DNA of 32,791 nt from Lysobacteraceae bacterium (GCA_003449195.1 DMID01000160.1:1-32791); one strand, 5' to 3'. Positions 19,879-30,343 are shown, counted from the stretch's first letter. The notes: generated by a model not told the origin, from the sequence alone. Translations and numbers: made by a program.

Positions 19879-20502
19879 TCAGGCGGCGAGGAAGCCGGCC
19901 CGTGCAAAACGGATCAGTTCGCGCGCGGCGGCAGCGCGGTGGGCGGATTCGGCGACATCGGGCGGACGCTTGATCAGGCCGAAATCGGCCATCGCATAGG
20001 TCAGCGCCCCGGCAAGGAAGTCGAGCCGCCAGTACAGCTCTTCCTTGCTCAGCTCTGGCACGCAGGCGGCGATGGATTTGCCGAATTCACGCAAGACGTG
20101 GCCGTAATGGTCGGACAGGAACTTGCGCAGCCCGTCGTTCTTTTCGGCATAGGCGCGGGCGATGACGCGCACGAATGCGCCGCCGCCATTGCGATCCTGG
20201 GCCATCGCCAACGCCGGCTCGACGAAGGCGGCCAGCAAGGCTTCAAGATCGTCCGGATGGTCGCGGCGGGCCGCTTCCAGGCGGGCCATGCGGTCGGCCG
20301 TCATTTCGTCCATGCGGCGGCGGAAGACCTCGTTGACGAGGTTTTCCTTCGAGCCGAAGTGGTAGTTGACCGCGGCGATGTTGACGTCGGCCTGGCTGGT
20401 GACCTGGCGCAGTGAGGTCCCCGCGAACCCGTGCTGGGCGAACAATTCTTCCGCCGCGCTCAGGATGCGGTCCTTGGTCGAGAAGTGGGCTGGCCGGTTC
20501 AT
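19879..20502 (-). CDS. psrA: TetR family regulator, PsrA-like (fatty-acid degradation repressor), about 207 aa
   Basis: [27 protein letters not shown]...[28 protein letters not shown]. Heads the fad operon and has a PsrA-type box upstream. Confidence 0.8.
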   Translation of the reverse strand: MNRPAHFSTKDRILSAAEELFAQHGFAGTSLRQVTSQADVNIAAVNYHFGSKENLVNEVFRRRMDEMTADRMARLEAARRDHPDDLEALLAAFVEPALAMAQDRNGGGAFVRVIARAYAEKNDGLRKFLSDHYGHVLREFGKSIAACVPELSKEELYWRLDFLAGALTYAMADFGLIKRPPDVAESAHRAAAARELIRFARAGFLAA

Positions 20503-20513
20503 CTGGGCATCAT

Positions 20514-20529
20514 TCAAACGATTGTTTGA
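20514..20529. promoter_or_regulatory. PsrA-type operator TCAAAC-N4-GTTTGA
   Basis: TCAAAC-GATT-GTTTGA, 11 nt upstream of the TetR ATG, abutting a minus-strand TAACAT -10 element (20534-20529). Confidence 0.8.
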
Positions 20530-20606
20530 TGTTAGCGCGCCTCGACGTCGTTTTGCATGTTGCGACGCAACACGCGGCATCCGGTGCATTTCCCGCAGGG
20601 GCGGGC

Positions 20607-20612
20607 TAGAAT
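20607..20612 (+). promoter_or_regulatory. Putative -10 element (TAGAAT) for ndk
   Basis: Near-consensus hexamer 92 nt upstream of the ndk ATG; -35 is weak. Confidence 0.55.
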
Positions 20613-20630
20613 ACGCAACCAAACCTTTCC

Positions 20631-20658
20631 AGCCCGCGTCCAGGCGCGGGCTTTTTTT
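20631..20658 (+). terminator. Intrinsic terminator-like hairpin inside the ndk leader
   Basis: AGCCCGCG-TCCAGG-CGCGGGCT followed by TTTTTT, oriented with ndk. Confidence 0.7.
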
Positions 20659-20704
20659 CATGCTAATGTCGGGCGGACATGCCCGCACCAACGGAGAAAT
20701 CCCC

Positions 20705-21130
20705 ATGGCGCTGGAGCGCACCCTGTCCATCATCAAGCCCGATGCCGTCGCCAAGAACGTCATCGGCGAAATCTATTCCCGCTTCGAGAAGGCCGGCCTG
20801 AAGATCGTGGCCGCCAAGCAGAAGCAGCTCTCGCGCGCCGAAGCCGAAGGCTTCTATGCCGTGCACCGCGAGCGTCCGTTTTTCAACGCGCTGGTGGAGT
20901 TCATGATTTCCGGCCCGGTGCAGATCCAGGTGCTGGAAGGCGAGGGCGCGATCCTGAAGAACCGCGACCTGATGGGCGCCACCAACCCGAAGGACGCCGC
21001 GCCGGGCACGATCCGCGCCGACTTTGCCGACAGCATCGACGCCAATGCCGTGCACGGTTCCGATGCTGCGGACACCGCCGCCGTCGAGATCGCGTATTTC
21101 TTCGCGGCCACCGAAATCACCTCGCGCTGA
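20705..21130 (+). CDS. ndk: Nucleoside-diphosphate kinase
   Basis: [26 protein letters not shown] (catalytic His). GGAGA RBS. Confidence 0.98.
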   Translation: MALERTLSIIKPDAVAKNVIGEIYSRFEKAGLKIVAAKQKQLSRAEAEGFYAVHRERPFFNALVEFMISGPVQIQVLEGEGAILKNRDLMGATNPKDAAPGTIRADFADSIDANAVHGSDAADTAAVEIAYFFAATEITSR

Positions 21131-21139
21131 GGTCATGAC

Positions 21140-22354
21140 GTGAACGAGATCGTGCAGGTTCCCGCTTCGCAGCCCACCGGCGACACCGTCGCCGCTGCCG
21201 CCGTGCGCCAGCAGAACCTGCTCGACCTCGATCGCGCCGGGTTGGAGCGCTTCTTCGAGGAGGTTCTCGGAGAAAAGCGCTACCGTGCCCATCAGGTGAT
21301 GAAGTGGATCCATCACCGTTACGTCACCGATTTCGAGCAGATGACGGATCTGGGCAAGGCGCTGCGCGCCAAGCTGCAGCAGCATGCCGAGGTCGTCGTG
21401 CCGAACGTGGTGTTCGACAAGCCCTCCGCCGACGGCACCCACAAGTGGTTGCTGGCCATGGGCGCGGACGGCAAGAACGCCATCGAAACCGTCTACATCC
21501 CGGACAAGACCCGCGGCACGCTGTGCGTGTCCTCGCAGGTCGGTTGCGGGTTGAATTGCACTTTCTGCTCCACCGCCACCCAGGGCTTCAACCGCAACCT
21601 GACCACGGCCGAGATCATCGGCCAGGTGTGGGTTGCCGCGCGTCATCTGGGCAACGTGCCGCACCAGATGCGCCGTCTCACCAACGTGGTGATGATGGGC
21701 ATGGGCGAACCGTTGATGAATTTCGACAACGTCGTGCGCGCGATGAGCATCATGCGCGACGACCTGGGCTACGGGCTGGCCAACAAGCGGGTGACGCTTT
21801 CCACCTCCGGGCTCGTGCCGATGATCGACCGGCTGTCCGCCGAGAGCGACGTGTCGCTGGCCGTATCGCTGCATGCGCCGAACGATGCCTTGCGCGAGAC
21901 CTTGGTGCCGCTCAACAGGAAGTACCCGATCGCCGAACTGATGGCCGCTTGTGCGCGTTACCTGCGTGCAAACCCGCGGCGCGATTCGGTGACGTTCGAA
22001 TACACCTTGATGAAGGGCATCAACGACCAGCCCGAACACGCCCGTCAGCTGGCCAAGCTGATGCGCCAGTTCGACAACGCGGTGCAGGCGCGCGATTCGG
22101 GCAAGGTCAATCTGATTCCCTTCAACCCGTTCCCGGGTACCCGCTACGAGCGTTCGGACGAGTCGCACATCCGGAATTTCCAGACGATCCTGCTCGAAGC
22201 CGGCGTGCTGACGATGGTCCGCCGTACCCGTGGCGACGACATCGATGCCGCCTGCGGCCAGCTCAAGGGGCAGGTGATGGATCGGACCCGCCGGCAGGCC
22301 GAATTTCTCCGCCATCTGGACCAGCAGCAGGCGCGTGGCGATGAGGCTGCGTGA
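21140..22354 (+). CDS. rlmN: 23S rRNA (A2503)/tRNA C2-methyltransferase (radical SAM)
   Basis: [32 protein letters not shown] start with GAGGT upstream. Confidence 0.97.
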   Translation: MNEIVQVPASQPTGDTVAAAAVRQQNLLDLDRAGLERFFEEVLGEKRYRAHQVMKWIHHRYVTDFEQMTDLGKALRAKLQQHAEVVVPNVVFDKPSADGTHKWLLAMGADGKNAIETVYIPDKTRGTLCVSSQVGCGLNCTFCSTATQGFNRNLTTAEIIGQVWVAARHLGNVPHQMRRLTNVVMMGMGEPLMNFDNVVRAMSIMRDDLGYGLANKRVTLSTSGLVPMIDRLSAESDVSLAVSLHAPNDALRETLVPLNRKYPIAELMAACARYLRANPRRDSVTFEYTLMKGINDQPEHARQLAKLMRQFDNAVQARDSGKVNLIPFNPFPGTRYERSDESHIRNFQTILLEAGVLTMVRRTRGDDIDAACGQLKGQVMDRTRRQAEFLRHLDQQQARGDEAA

Positions 22355-23159
22355 TTCGCTGCCGTTGGCCTGCGTGGCACTTTGCCTGCTGACGGCCGGC
22401 TGCAGTCGCCTGACATTCGTGAAGCCGTCGATGGAGCGCGGGAAGTCGCGCGAAGTCGCACCCAAGTACGACATCCGCGACGACAAGCAAGCGCGCGAGC
22501 GGCTGGCGGCGCGCGACCAGTTGACCCTTGCCGCGGACAGTTTGCAGGCTGGCCGGGTCGACGATGCCGAAAAGCAGGTGCGCAAGGCGCTTTCGCTGGG
22601 CGGAGACCAGGCCGAGGCGAACACGATGCTGGCGTTGATCGCAACCCGCAAAGGTGACGCACGTGCCGCCGGGGACTATTTCGAGCGTGCGGCCCGCCAA
22701 TCCGGTGGACGTGGTGCCGAGGCGAACAATTACGGGGCATGGTTGTGCGGCAATGGCCGCGAGGCCGAGGCGCAGCCCTGGTTCGATCGCGCGCTTGCCG
22801 ATGCGGATTACCTCACTCCGGCAACGGCATTGGCAAATGCGGCCAGCTGCGCTTTCCGGATCGGGCAGTACGGGCATGTGGATGGGGAATTGCGGAAGGC
22901 CTTGTTGCTCGATCCGGACAATGCAGTCGCACTGGAAACGATGGCGGCCAACCAATATCGTCTCGGCCAGTATTTCGATGCGCGTGCCTTCGTCGAGCGT
23001 CGGCTTGCGGCTGCGCCGGCCACCGCATCCGTGTTACAACTTGCGATGCAGATCGAATCAGGGTTGGGCGACATGGCTGCTGCCCGCCGTTACTCCCAGC
23101 GGCTGCAAACGGAATTTCCTCCGGCCGCAAATGCCAATCCCGGGGCGGGCAAGCAGTGA
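22341..23159 (+). CDS. pilW: Type IV pilus biogenesis/stability TPR lipoprotein PilW (PilF)
   Basis: Lipobox LTAGC, TPRs with NNYGAWLC; conserved position between rlmN and rodZ. Confidence 0.85.
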   Translation: MRLRDSLPLACVALCLLTAGCSRLTFVKPSMERGKSREVAPKYDIRDDKQARERLAARDQLTLAADSLQAGRVDDAEKQVRKALSLGGDQAEANTMLALIATRKGDARAAGDYFERAARQSGGRGAEANNYGAWLCGNGREAEAQPWFDRALADADYLTPATALANAASCAFRIGQYGHVDGELRKALLLDPDNAVALETMAANQYRLGQYFDARAFVERRLAAAPATASVLQLAMQIESGLGDMAAARRYSQRLQTEFPPAANANPGAGKQ

Positions 23160-24013
23160 GTGACGTTGCAAATCAGGCCGCGACATCGGCCGACAATGGT
23201 GGTTGCGGACTTCACCTGAAGGATGCACGCGAAAAGGCCGGCATGAGCCTCGCCGATGCGGCGAGCACGCTGAAAGTGCCGATGCATGTGGTCGAGGCCA
23301 TCGAGTCCGAGCGTTGGGATTTGCTCGGTGCGCCGGTTTATGCGCGTGGCCTGATCCGCAGTTATGCGCGCTTGCTGGGGGTCGACCTGCAGCCATTGAT
23401 GGCGCAGGCGCATGTGGCCCGCATCGAACCGGTGGAACTGGTCAGCCATACGCATACGCCGCGGTACAAGCTGTGGTTCGAAGGCATCGCGCGCCGGCTT
23501 GTGTATGTCGCCGTCACGGCCATGGTGGCCGTGCCGACGTGGTACTGGATGCGCTCGTCGGCGCCATTGGCGTCCACCACGACGGCATCGCTGGATGCGA
23601 TCCCTGCGCAGCCCCTCGGCACGGTGCCGGTTGCGGACAAGCCGATTGATGCGGCGTCGCGCGCTTCGGGTTCGGTGCCGGCTCCGCATGATCAGGCTGC
23701 GGTGCCGTATGTGGCCTCGTTGGCGGTGGTGCCCAAGCCGGCCGATGTGGCGGCGTTGCTGCTGCGTTTCACCGGCGACAGCTGGTTCCGCGTGCTCGGG
23801 CCGGAAGGTCAGGTCGTGGATCAGGGGCTGCTGCATGCGGGAGAAGAACGCGCGTTCGGTCCCGGTCAGGCCGCCAAGGTGATGCTTGGCAATGCCAGCG
23901 CGGTCGAGGTTCAGCAGAGAGGCGCTACGCTGGATCTTGCACCTTATCGCAAGGCCAACGTGGCCCGCTTTACGGTATCCTCCGACGGCTCCGTGGTTCC
24001 CGCGTCCGACTAG
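23156..24013 (+). CDS. rodZ: Cytoskeleton protein RodZ-like (HTH-TM-DUF4115)
   Basis: HTH GLHLKDAREKAGMS...YARGLIRSYARLLG, single TM, C-terminal LGNASAVEV...ANVARF. GTGA overlap with pilW. Confidence 0.85.
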   Translation: MSDVANQAATSADNGGCGLHLKDAREKAGMSLADAASTLKVPMHVVEAIESERWDLLGAPVYARGLIRSYARLLGVDLQPLMAQAHVARIEPVELVSHTHTPRYKLWFEGIARRLVYVAVTAMVAVPTWYWMRSSAPLASTTTASLDAIPAQPLGTVPVADKPIDAASRASGSVPAPHDQAAVPYVASLAVVPKPADVAALLLRFTGDSWFRVLGPEGQVVDQGLLHAGEERAFGPGQAAKVMLGNASAVEVQQRGATLDLAPYRKANVARFTVSSDGSVVPASD

Positions 24014-24087
24014 GCAATGGTCCGGGCGGCATCCCGGAAACCGGTATCCCAACATCAAGGCCCCGCGCGGACGGGGCGAGAGTACGC

Positions 24088-24720
24088 ATGGCAATCGACG
24101 ATCTGCTTGACGAGCACGAACAGGGCGAACGCGTTCGCTCCTGGCTGAGGAAGAACGGCGCGGTAATGGCGGGAGGCGTTGCGCTGGGCGTGGCCGTCAT
24201 CGTCGGCTGGCAATGGTGGAATGCACGCCAGAGCACCGCCCAGACCGCCGCCAACACGCGATATGCCGCTTTCGTGACCGACCTCCAGGCGGGCAAGTCC
24301 GACAAGGCCAAGGCCGAAGTCGCCGGGCTCAAGGACAGCGTGGTCTACGACGAGTTGGCCGCATTGCGGCTGGCAAAGGCGCAGAGCGAGGCAGGCAAGG
24401 CCGACGATGCCATCGCCACCTTGCGCGGCGTCCCCAGGGATTCGCGCCTGCGTCATCTGGTCGATATCCGTCTTGCCAAGTTGCTGATCGAGGCCGGCAA
24501 GGCCGCCGATGCCCTGGCCTTGGTGGACAAGGCCGACGACAGCACGGCGCTGGAAGTCAAGGGCGACGCGCTGGCGGCGCTCGGCCGCAAGGATCAGGCA
24601 CGGGCCGCTTACGACAAGGCATTGGTGAGCCTGGACGTGGCAGCGCCGGAGCGGCGTCTGGTCGAACTGAAACTCACTGATGTGGGCGGCACGGTGGCCA
24701 AGCCCGCGGAGCCTATCTGA
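24088..24720 (+). CDS. yfgM: YfgM family ancillary SecYEG translocon subunit (TPR)
   Basis: DEHEQGERVRSWLRKNG, TM, RLAK...EVKGD...ARAAY; directly upstream of bamB. Confidence 0.9.
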   Translation: MAIDDLLDEHEQGERVRSWLRKNGAVMAGGVALGVAVIVGWQWWNARQSTAQTAANTRYAAFVTDLQAGKSDKAKAEVAGLKDSVVYDELAALRLAKAQSEAGKADDAIATLRGVPRDSRLRHLVDIRLAKLLIEAGKAADALALVDKADDSTALEVKGDALAALGRKDQARAAYDKALVSLDVAAPERRLVELKLTDVGGTVAKPAEPI

Positions 24721-25928
24721 TGAAGCGGGTTGACATGATCAAGCAGATCGCGGCAGTGGCGTTGCTTGCCACCGCACTGACCGGTTGCAGCACGGTCAAG
24801 GGCTGGTTCGCGGGCAAGAATGCCTCGGCAAAGAAAGCCGCCGAGCCGGCCGAGCTGGTGGACTTCAAGCCCAGCATGAAGGTCTCCAAGCTGTGGAGCG
24901 AGCACGTCGGCAAGGGCGAGAAGCGTACCGGCGTGCGTCAGACCCCGGTCGTGGCCGACGGCCACGTCTACGTGGCGGCACTCGAAGGCGGCGTGCGTGC
25001 CCTGGATCTGCAGTCCGGCAAGGAGCTGTGGAAGTACGTGCCGGAGAAGGAAAAGAAGAAGGCGCGGTTGCGCCTGTCCGGTGGTCCGGGCGCAGGCGAC
25101 GGGCTGGTGGTGGTGGGCAGCCTCGGCGGCGACGTGATCGCGCTGGATGCCACCAACGGCAGCAAGAAGTGGCAGGCCCGCATCAATGCCGAGATCATCA
25201 CGGCGCCGGCGGTGTCGCAGGGCATGGTGTTCGTGCGCAGCAACGATGGCCGCATCACCGCGCTGGATGCCGCCACCGGCGAGCGTCGCTGGTTCCACGA
25301 TCAGGAGCTGCCGCTGCTGACCGTGCGCGGCAATGCCGCAGTCGTGGCGGGGCCGGGCGTGCTGTTCGTCGGCAATGACGATGGCACCCTGTCCACGCTG
25401 GCGATGAACGATGGCCGCGTGCTGTGGCAGCAGACCATCGGTTCGCCGGAAGGCCGCAGCGAGCTGGACCGCATGGCCGACGTGGACGCCGCGCCGGTGC
25501 TGGAAGGCACCACGCTGTTTGCCAGCAGCTACAAGAACGAAACCCAGGCCATCGAGGGCCCGACCGGCCGTCCGATGTGGACGCGCGACCATGGCGGCAT
25601 CGGCGGCGTGGGTGTTTCGTCGGGCCTGGTGATCGTGTCCGACCGCGACGGCACGGTGTGGGCGCTGGACAAGATCAGCGGCGCACCGATGTGGTCGCAG
25701 CCCGCGCTTGCGCGGCGTTCGCTGACCGGCCCGGCCGTGCAGGGTGATTATGTGGCCGTTGGCGATTACAAGGGCTACGTTCACTGGATGCGGCTGGACA
25801 ACGGCGAGTTTGCAGCACGCGAGCGCGTCGGCCGCAAGGCCATCCTCGGTCAACCCGTGCAGGCCGACGGCTTGCTGCTGGTGCAAGACACCAAGGGCGA
25901 GCTGACCGCCTTCAAGCTGGGTCAGTAA
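24720..25928 (+). CDS. bamB: Outer membrane protein assembly factor BamB
   Basis: Lipobox LTGC, PQQ-type beta-propeller repeats, [19 protein letters not shown]. Confidence 0.95.
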   Translation: MKRVDMIKQIAAVALLATALTGCSTVKGWFAGKNASAKKAAEPAELVDFKPSMKVSKLWSEHVGKGEKRTGVRQTPVVADGHVYVAALEGGVRALDLQSGKELWKYVPEKEKKKARLRLSGGPGAGDGLVVVGSLGGDVIALDATNGSKKWQARINAEIITAPAVSQGMVFVRSNDGRITALDAATGERRWFHDQELPLLTVRGNAAVVAGPGVLFVGNDDGTLSTLAMNDGRVLWQQTIGSPEGRSELDRMADVDAAPVLEGTTLFASSYKNETQAIEGPTGRPMWTRDHGGIGGVGVSSGLVIVSDRDGTVWALDKISGAPMWSQPALARRSLTGPAVQGDYVAVGDYKGYVHWMRLDNGEFAARERVGRKAILGQPVQADGLLLVQDTKGELTAFKLGQ

Positions 25929-25938
25929 GGGGACTGCG

Positions 25939-27339
25939 ATGCTGCCACTGGTCGCCCTGGTCGGACGGCCGAATGTCGGCAAGTCCACCATTTTCAATGC
26001 GCTCACGCGCAGCCGCGACGCGCTGGTCCACGACCAGCCCGGCGTCACCCGCGACCGCCATTACGGCGTGTGCAGGCTGGACGAGGACAACCCGTTCCTG
26101 CTCGTCGATACCGGCGGCATCGCCGGCGACGAGGAAGGGCTGGCCGGCGCCACCGCGCGGCAGGCCCGGGCTGCGGCTGCCGAAGCGGACCTGATCCTGT
26201 TCGTCGTGGACGGGCGCGATGGGCCTTCCGCGCTCGACGACGAGATCCTCGCGTGGCTGCGCAAGTTGTCGCGGCCCACGCTGCTGGTGATCAACAAGAT
26301 CGACGGCACCGACGAGCACGCGGTGCGCTCGGAATTCGCCCGTTACGGTTTTGCCGATACCTTCACCGTGTCGGCCGCGCATCGCAGCGGCCTGGACGAT
26401 CTGGTGGACGAAGTCGTCGAACGCCTGCCCGAAGAGGGCGCCGGCGAAGTACTCGACGACGATCCGCAGCGCATGCGCGTGGCCTTCGTCGGCCGCCCGA
26501 ACGTGGGCAAGTCCACGCTGGTCAACCGTCTGCTCGGCGAGGAGCGGGTCATCGCTTCGGATGTGCCGGGCACCACCCGCGATTCGATCTCGGTCGATCT
26601 GGAGCGTGACGGCCGCGAGTACCGTCTGATCGACACCGCCGGCCTGCGCCGCCGTTCGAAGGTGGACGAGGCGGTCGAGAAGTTCAGCGTGGTCAAGACC
26701 ATGCAGTCGATCGAGCAATGCCAGGTGGCGGTGCTGCTGCTCGATGCCAGCGAGGGCGTCACCGATCAGGATGCCAGCGTGCTCGGGGCGATCCTCGAAG
26801 CCGGGCGCGCGCTCGTGGTGGCGATCAACAAGTGGGATGGCTTGAGCGATTACCAGCGCGAGCAGGCCGAGGTGTTGCTGCGGCTCAAGCTCGGTTTCGT
26901 GGATTGGGCCGAAGCGGTGCGCATTTCCGCGCTGCATGGTTCCGGCCTGCGCGAGTTGTTCCGCGCGATCCACCGTGCGCATGCTTCGGCCACCAAGGAG
27001 TTTTCCACCGCCGAGGTCAACAAGGCGCTGGAAATCGCCTACGAGAGCAATCCGCCGCCGAGCGTGCGCGGCCATGTCTCCAAGCTGCGCTATGTGCACC
27101 CGGGCGGTAGCAACCCGCCGACCTTCATCGTCCACGGCACCCGTTTGAAGGAGTTGCCGGAGTCGTACAAGCGCTATCTGGAAAACTTCTTCCGCAAGCG
27201 TTTCAAGCTGGTCGGCACGCCGGTGCGCTTCGTGTTCCGCGAAGGGGCCAACCCCTACGAGGGCAAGAAGAACGTGCTCACCGAGCGTCAGGTGGCCAAG
27301 AAGAAACGCCTCATCCGCCACGTCAAGCGCGGCAAGTAG
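25939..27339 (+). CDS. der: Ribosome biogenesis GTPase Der (EngA)
   Basis: Two GRPNVGKS G-domains, DTGG/DTAG, NKID/NKWD and a C-terminal KH-like domain. Confidence 0.98.
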   Translation: MLPLVALVGRPNVGKSTIFNALTRSRDALVHDQPGVTRDRHYGVCRLDEDNPFLLVDTGGIAGDEEGLAGATARQARAAAAEADLILFVVDGRDGPSALDDEILAWLRKLSRPTLLVINKIDGTDEHAVRSEFARYGFADTFTVSAAHRSGLDDLVDEVVERLPEEGAGEVLDDDPQRMRVAFVGRPNVGKSTLVNRLLGEERVIASDVPGTTRDSISVDLERDGREYRLIDTAGLRRRSKVDEAVEKFSVVKTMQSIEQCQVAVLLLDASEGVTDQDASVLGAILEAGRALVVAINKWDGLSDYQREQAEVLLRLKLGFVDWAEAVRISALHGSGLRELFRAIHRAHASATKEFSTAEVNKALEIAYESNPPPSVRGHVSKLRYVHPGGSNPPTFIVHGTRLKELPESYKRYLENFFRKRFKLVGTPVRFVFREGANPYEGKKNVLTERQVAKKKRLIRHVKRGK

Positions 27340-27397
27340 GCCGCGCCTGTCCCGCGATGTCGGCCCAGCGCAGCGGCATTGCGGCGATAATCCGGCC

Positions 27398-28534
27398 ATG
27401 AGCATTTCCCTGCTGAATCCGGCCCAGGTCCGCGAGCGCCAGCGGCGCGGCGCGGTACTGGTGGACGTGCGCGAAGCGCACGAGCGTTCTGCCGGCATGG
27501 CCGAAGGGGCCATCGGGGCATCCAGGGCGGAACTGGAACGCGACCCCGCACACTGGCTGCCCGATCGGCACGCCGAAATCCTGCTGATCTGCCAGAGCGG
27601 CCGGCGCTCGCTGGCCGCTGCGCAGACGCTGGCCCGCCATGGCTACGCCGACCTGGCCTCGGTCGAAGGCGGCACCACGCGCTGGATGGCCGAAGGCCTG
27701 CCGGTCGTCGTGCCGACGCTGGATGCGGACACGCTGGATTTCAACGCGCGCTATTCGCGCCACCTGTTGTTGCCGCAGGTGGGCGAGGACGGCCAGTGCA
27801 GGCTTGAGGCCGCGCGCGTGCTGCTGGTCGGTGCCGGTGGATTGGGTTCGCCGGTGGCCTGCTACTTGGCGGCGGCCGGGGTGGGCCATCTGCGCATTGC
27901 CGACGACGACGTGGTCGAGCTGTCCAACCTGCAGCGGCAGATCCTGCATGCACAGGCGCGGATCGGCTTGCCGAAGGTGGAGTCGGCCCGGCAGGCGCTG
28001 TCCGCCTTGAACCCGCGCGTGCAGGTGGAGGCGGTGCCCGAGCGCATCACTGCGGACAACGTCGAAAGGCTGCTCGACGGCGTGGACGTCGTGCTCGACG
28101 GGGCCGACAACTTTCCCGCGCGCTACCTGCTCAACGATGCCTGCGTGAAGCTCGGCAAGCCGCTGGTATACGGTGCGGTCGAGCGCTTCACAGGGCAGGC
28201 GAGCGTGTTCGACGCCGGCCGTCATCGCGGTCAATGCCCCTGCTATCGCTGCCTGTTCCCCGAGCCGCCGGGACCGGACGAAGCGCCCAATTGCGCCGAA
28301 GCCGGGGTTCTGGGCGTGTTGCCCGGCGTGATCGGGTTGTTGCAGGCCACCGAGGCGCTCAAGCTGCTGCTCGGCATCGGCGAGCCGCTCACCGGCCGCC
28401 TGCTGCATTTCGATGCGCTGGCCATGCGTTTCCGCGAAACGCGGGTACGGCCCGACCCGGATTGCCTTGTATGCGCGCCGGGGCGGGCATTTCCGGGTTA
28501 CATCGACTATCAGGCGTTCTGTTCGGCGAGGTGA
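27398..28534 (+). CDS. moeB: Rhodanese-MoeB/ThiF fusion (sulfur-carrier adenylyltransferase with N-terminal rhodanese)
   Basis: Rhodanese LVDVRE, ICQSGRRS, VEGG; E1-like RYSRH, VGAGGLG, SNLQRQ, CYRC, NCAEAG, CLVC. Confidence 0.92.
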   Translation: MSISLLNPAQVRERQRRGAVLVDVREAHERSAGMAEGAIGASRAELERDPAHWLPDRHAEILLICQSGRRSLAAAQTLARHGYADLASVEGGTTRWMAEGLPVVVPTLDADTLDFNARYSRHLLLPQVGEDGQCRLEAARVLLVGAGGLGSPVACYLAAAGVGHLRIADDDVVELSNLQRQILHAQARIGLPKVESARQALSALNPRVQVEAVPERITADNVERLLDGVDVVLDGADNFPARYLLNDACVKLGKPLVYGAVERFTGQASVFDAGRHRGQCPCYRCLFPEPPGPDEAPNCAEAGVLGVLPGVIGLLQATEALKLLLGIGEPLTGRLLHFDALAMRFRETRVRPDPDCLVCAPGRAFPGYIDYQAFCSAR

Positions 28535-29463
28535 GCCGGCGGCATGCCGGGCTGCGATGCCGGCTCCAGATGCGGTGCCAGCAGCGCGTCCAGCCAATCG
28601 ATGAAGCATTGCAGCGCACGTGACAACCGCCGCTGCGGTGGATACAGGGCAGCGACCGGCAAGCCCGGCAGGTTCAGGCCGGGCAGGCGGATTTCGACCA
28701 GTTGTCCGGCTGCGAGCAGATCGGCCACGTCGTAGCGGGGTACCTGGATCACGCCCAAGCCGGCCAGCGCACAGGCAATGTAGGTTTCGGCATTGGCCAC
28801 CGATACCCGCCCGTGCAATTGCACGGCATGCACGTGCCCGCGCGCGTCGAGGAATTCCCAGCGTTCGCCCTTGCCGGCTGCGATGCGGCCGAAGTGCACG
28901 GCCGGCAGGTGTGCGAAGCCGGCCGGATTGGCGGGCATGCCATGCCGGGCCAGCAGCGCAGGGCTGGCGCAATTGACTTGGGCGAAGCGGCCGAACGACC
29001 GCGACACCAGTTCCGGCACGGCGGTTTCGCCTACGCGCAGGACGCAGTCGATGCCTTCTTCGGCCAGATGGCTGAGCCGGTCGGTGCTGCCCAGTTCGAT
29101 GGCAAGGGCCGGGTGCTGGTCGAGAAAGGCCGGCAGGGCCGGGGCCACCAGCTTGCGGGCGATCCGGGCGGGGACCTCCACGCGCAACTGGCCACTCAAC
29201 GCGTGTTCGCGGTGGAACAGCCCGCGCATGTCCTCGGCGTCCGACAGCAGGCGCCGCGCGCGTTCGAGCAGCAACTCGCCCTCGCTGCTCAGCCGCACGC
29301 GGCGGGTGGTGCGCTGGAACAGGGGCACGCCGAGGTGCTGTTCCAGCCGCTGCACGGCGGTGGAAACCGACGACGGTGCCATGCCGAGCTGATCGGCCGC
29401 CTTGCTGAAGCTGCCGGCATTGGCCACTCGCCCGAACACGTCGAGAGACTGGAGCAGATCCAT
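28510..29463 (-). CDS. LysR family transcriptional regulator (CrgA/DmlR-like)
   Basis: HTH GSFSKAADQLG...LEQHLGVPLFQRTTR and EEGIDCVLR; divergent from the SDR. Confidence 0.95.
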   Translation of the reverse strand: MDLLQSLDVFGRVANAGSFSKAADQLGMAPSSVSTAVQRLEQHLGVPLFQRTTRRVRLSSEGELLLERARRLLSDAEDMRGLFHREHALSGQLRVEVPARIARKLVAPALPAFLDQHPALAIELGSTDRLSHLAEEGIDCVLRVGETAVPELVSRSFGRFAQVNCASPALLARHGMPANPAGFAHLPAVHFGRIAAGKGERWEFLDARGHVHAVQLHGRVSVANAETYIACALAGLGVIQVPRYDVADLLAAGQLVEIRLPGLNLPGLPVAALYPPQRRLSRALQCFIDWLDALLAPHLEPASQPGMPPAHLAEQNA

Positions 29464-29468
29464 GATTG

Positions 29469-29483
29469 TTCTTTGCCGTCGAA
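29469..29483. promoter_or_regulatory. Putative LysR T-N11-A binding site
   Basis: TTC-TTTGCCGTC-GAA dyad in the AT-richer divergent intergenic region, 5 nt from the LysR ATG. Confidence 0.45.
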
Positions 29484-29566
29484 TTCAATTTCAGATTCGG
29501 CAAGGTTTATCCGAAACGGGCGAGGAATGAAACTGCCTCCATCCCGTCCATGTCGGAACCCCCCCG

Positions 29567-30343
29567 ATGAGTGGTACGCATTCCCTTGACGGCAAGACCG
29601 TCCTGATCGCCGGTGGCGGCAAGAACCTCGGTGGCCTGCTGGCCCGCGATCTGGCCGCGCATGGCGTGGCGGCGGTGGCGGTGCACTACAACAGCGAGAC
29701 TTCCCGGGCCGCTGCCGAGGAGACGGTGGCCACCGTGCGGGCGATCGGCGCAAAGGCCGAGGCGTTCCAGGCTGACCTCAGCACTGCGGCGGCTGTGGAA
29801 AAACTCTTTGCCGATGCCAAGGCCGCGTTCGGACGCATCGACATCGCCATCAACACCGTCGGCAAGGTGCTGAAGAAGCCGATCGTCGAGATTTCCGAGG
29901 CCGAGTACGACGAGATGTTCGCGGTCAACAGCAAGAGCGCGTTCTTCTTCATCAAGGAAGCCGGCAGGCAACTGGAGGACAACGGCAAGCTGGTGACGCT
30001 GGTGACGTCGCTGCTGGGCGCGTTCACTCCGTTCTATGCGGCTTACGCGGGCGGCAAGGCGCCGGTGGAGCACTTCACCCGGGCGGCAGCCAAGGAATTC
30101 GGTGCACGCGGCATCTCGGTGAACGCGGTCGGCCCGGGGCCGATGGACACGCCGTTCTTCTATGGACAGGAAGGCGCCGATGCGGTGGCTTATCACAAAT
30201 CCGCTGCCGCACTGTCGCCCTTCAGCAAGACCGGCCTGACCGACATCGAGGATGTGGCGCCTTTCATTCGCCATCTGGTCAGCGAAGGCTGGTGGATCAC
30301 CGGCCAGACCATCCTGATCAACGGCGGCTACACGACGAAGTGA
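29567..30343 (+). CDS. SDR family oxidoreductase
   Basis: IAGGGKNLG Rossmann motif, YAGGK (YxxxK), VNAVGPG, ITGQTILINGG. Confidence 0.94.
   Translation: MSGTHSLDGKTVLIAGGGKNLGGLLARDLAAHGVAAVAVHYNSETSRAAAEETVATVRAIGAKAEAFQADLSTAAAVEKLFADAKAAFGRIDIAINTVGKVLKKPIVEISEAEYDEMFAVNSKSAFFFIKEAGRQLEDNGKLVTLVTSLLGAFTPFYAAYAGGKAPVEHFTRAAAKEFGARGISVNAVGPGPMDTPFFYGQEGADAVAYHKSAAALSPFSKTGLTDIEDVAPFIRHLVSEGWWITGQTILINGGYTTK

Noticed and set aside
24014..24087. ispG and hisS absent between rodZ and yfgM compared with E. coli
   Set aside because: As far as I recall this is the normal xanthomonad arrangement, and there is no remnant in the 74-bp gap.
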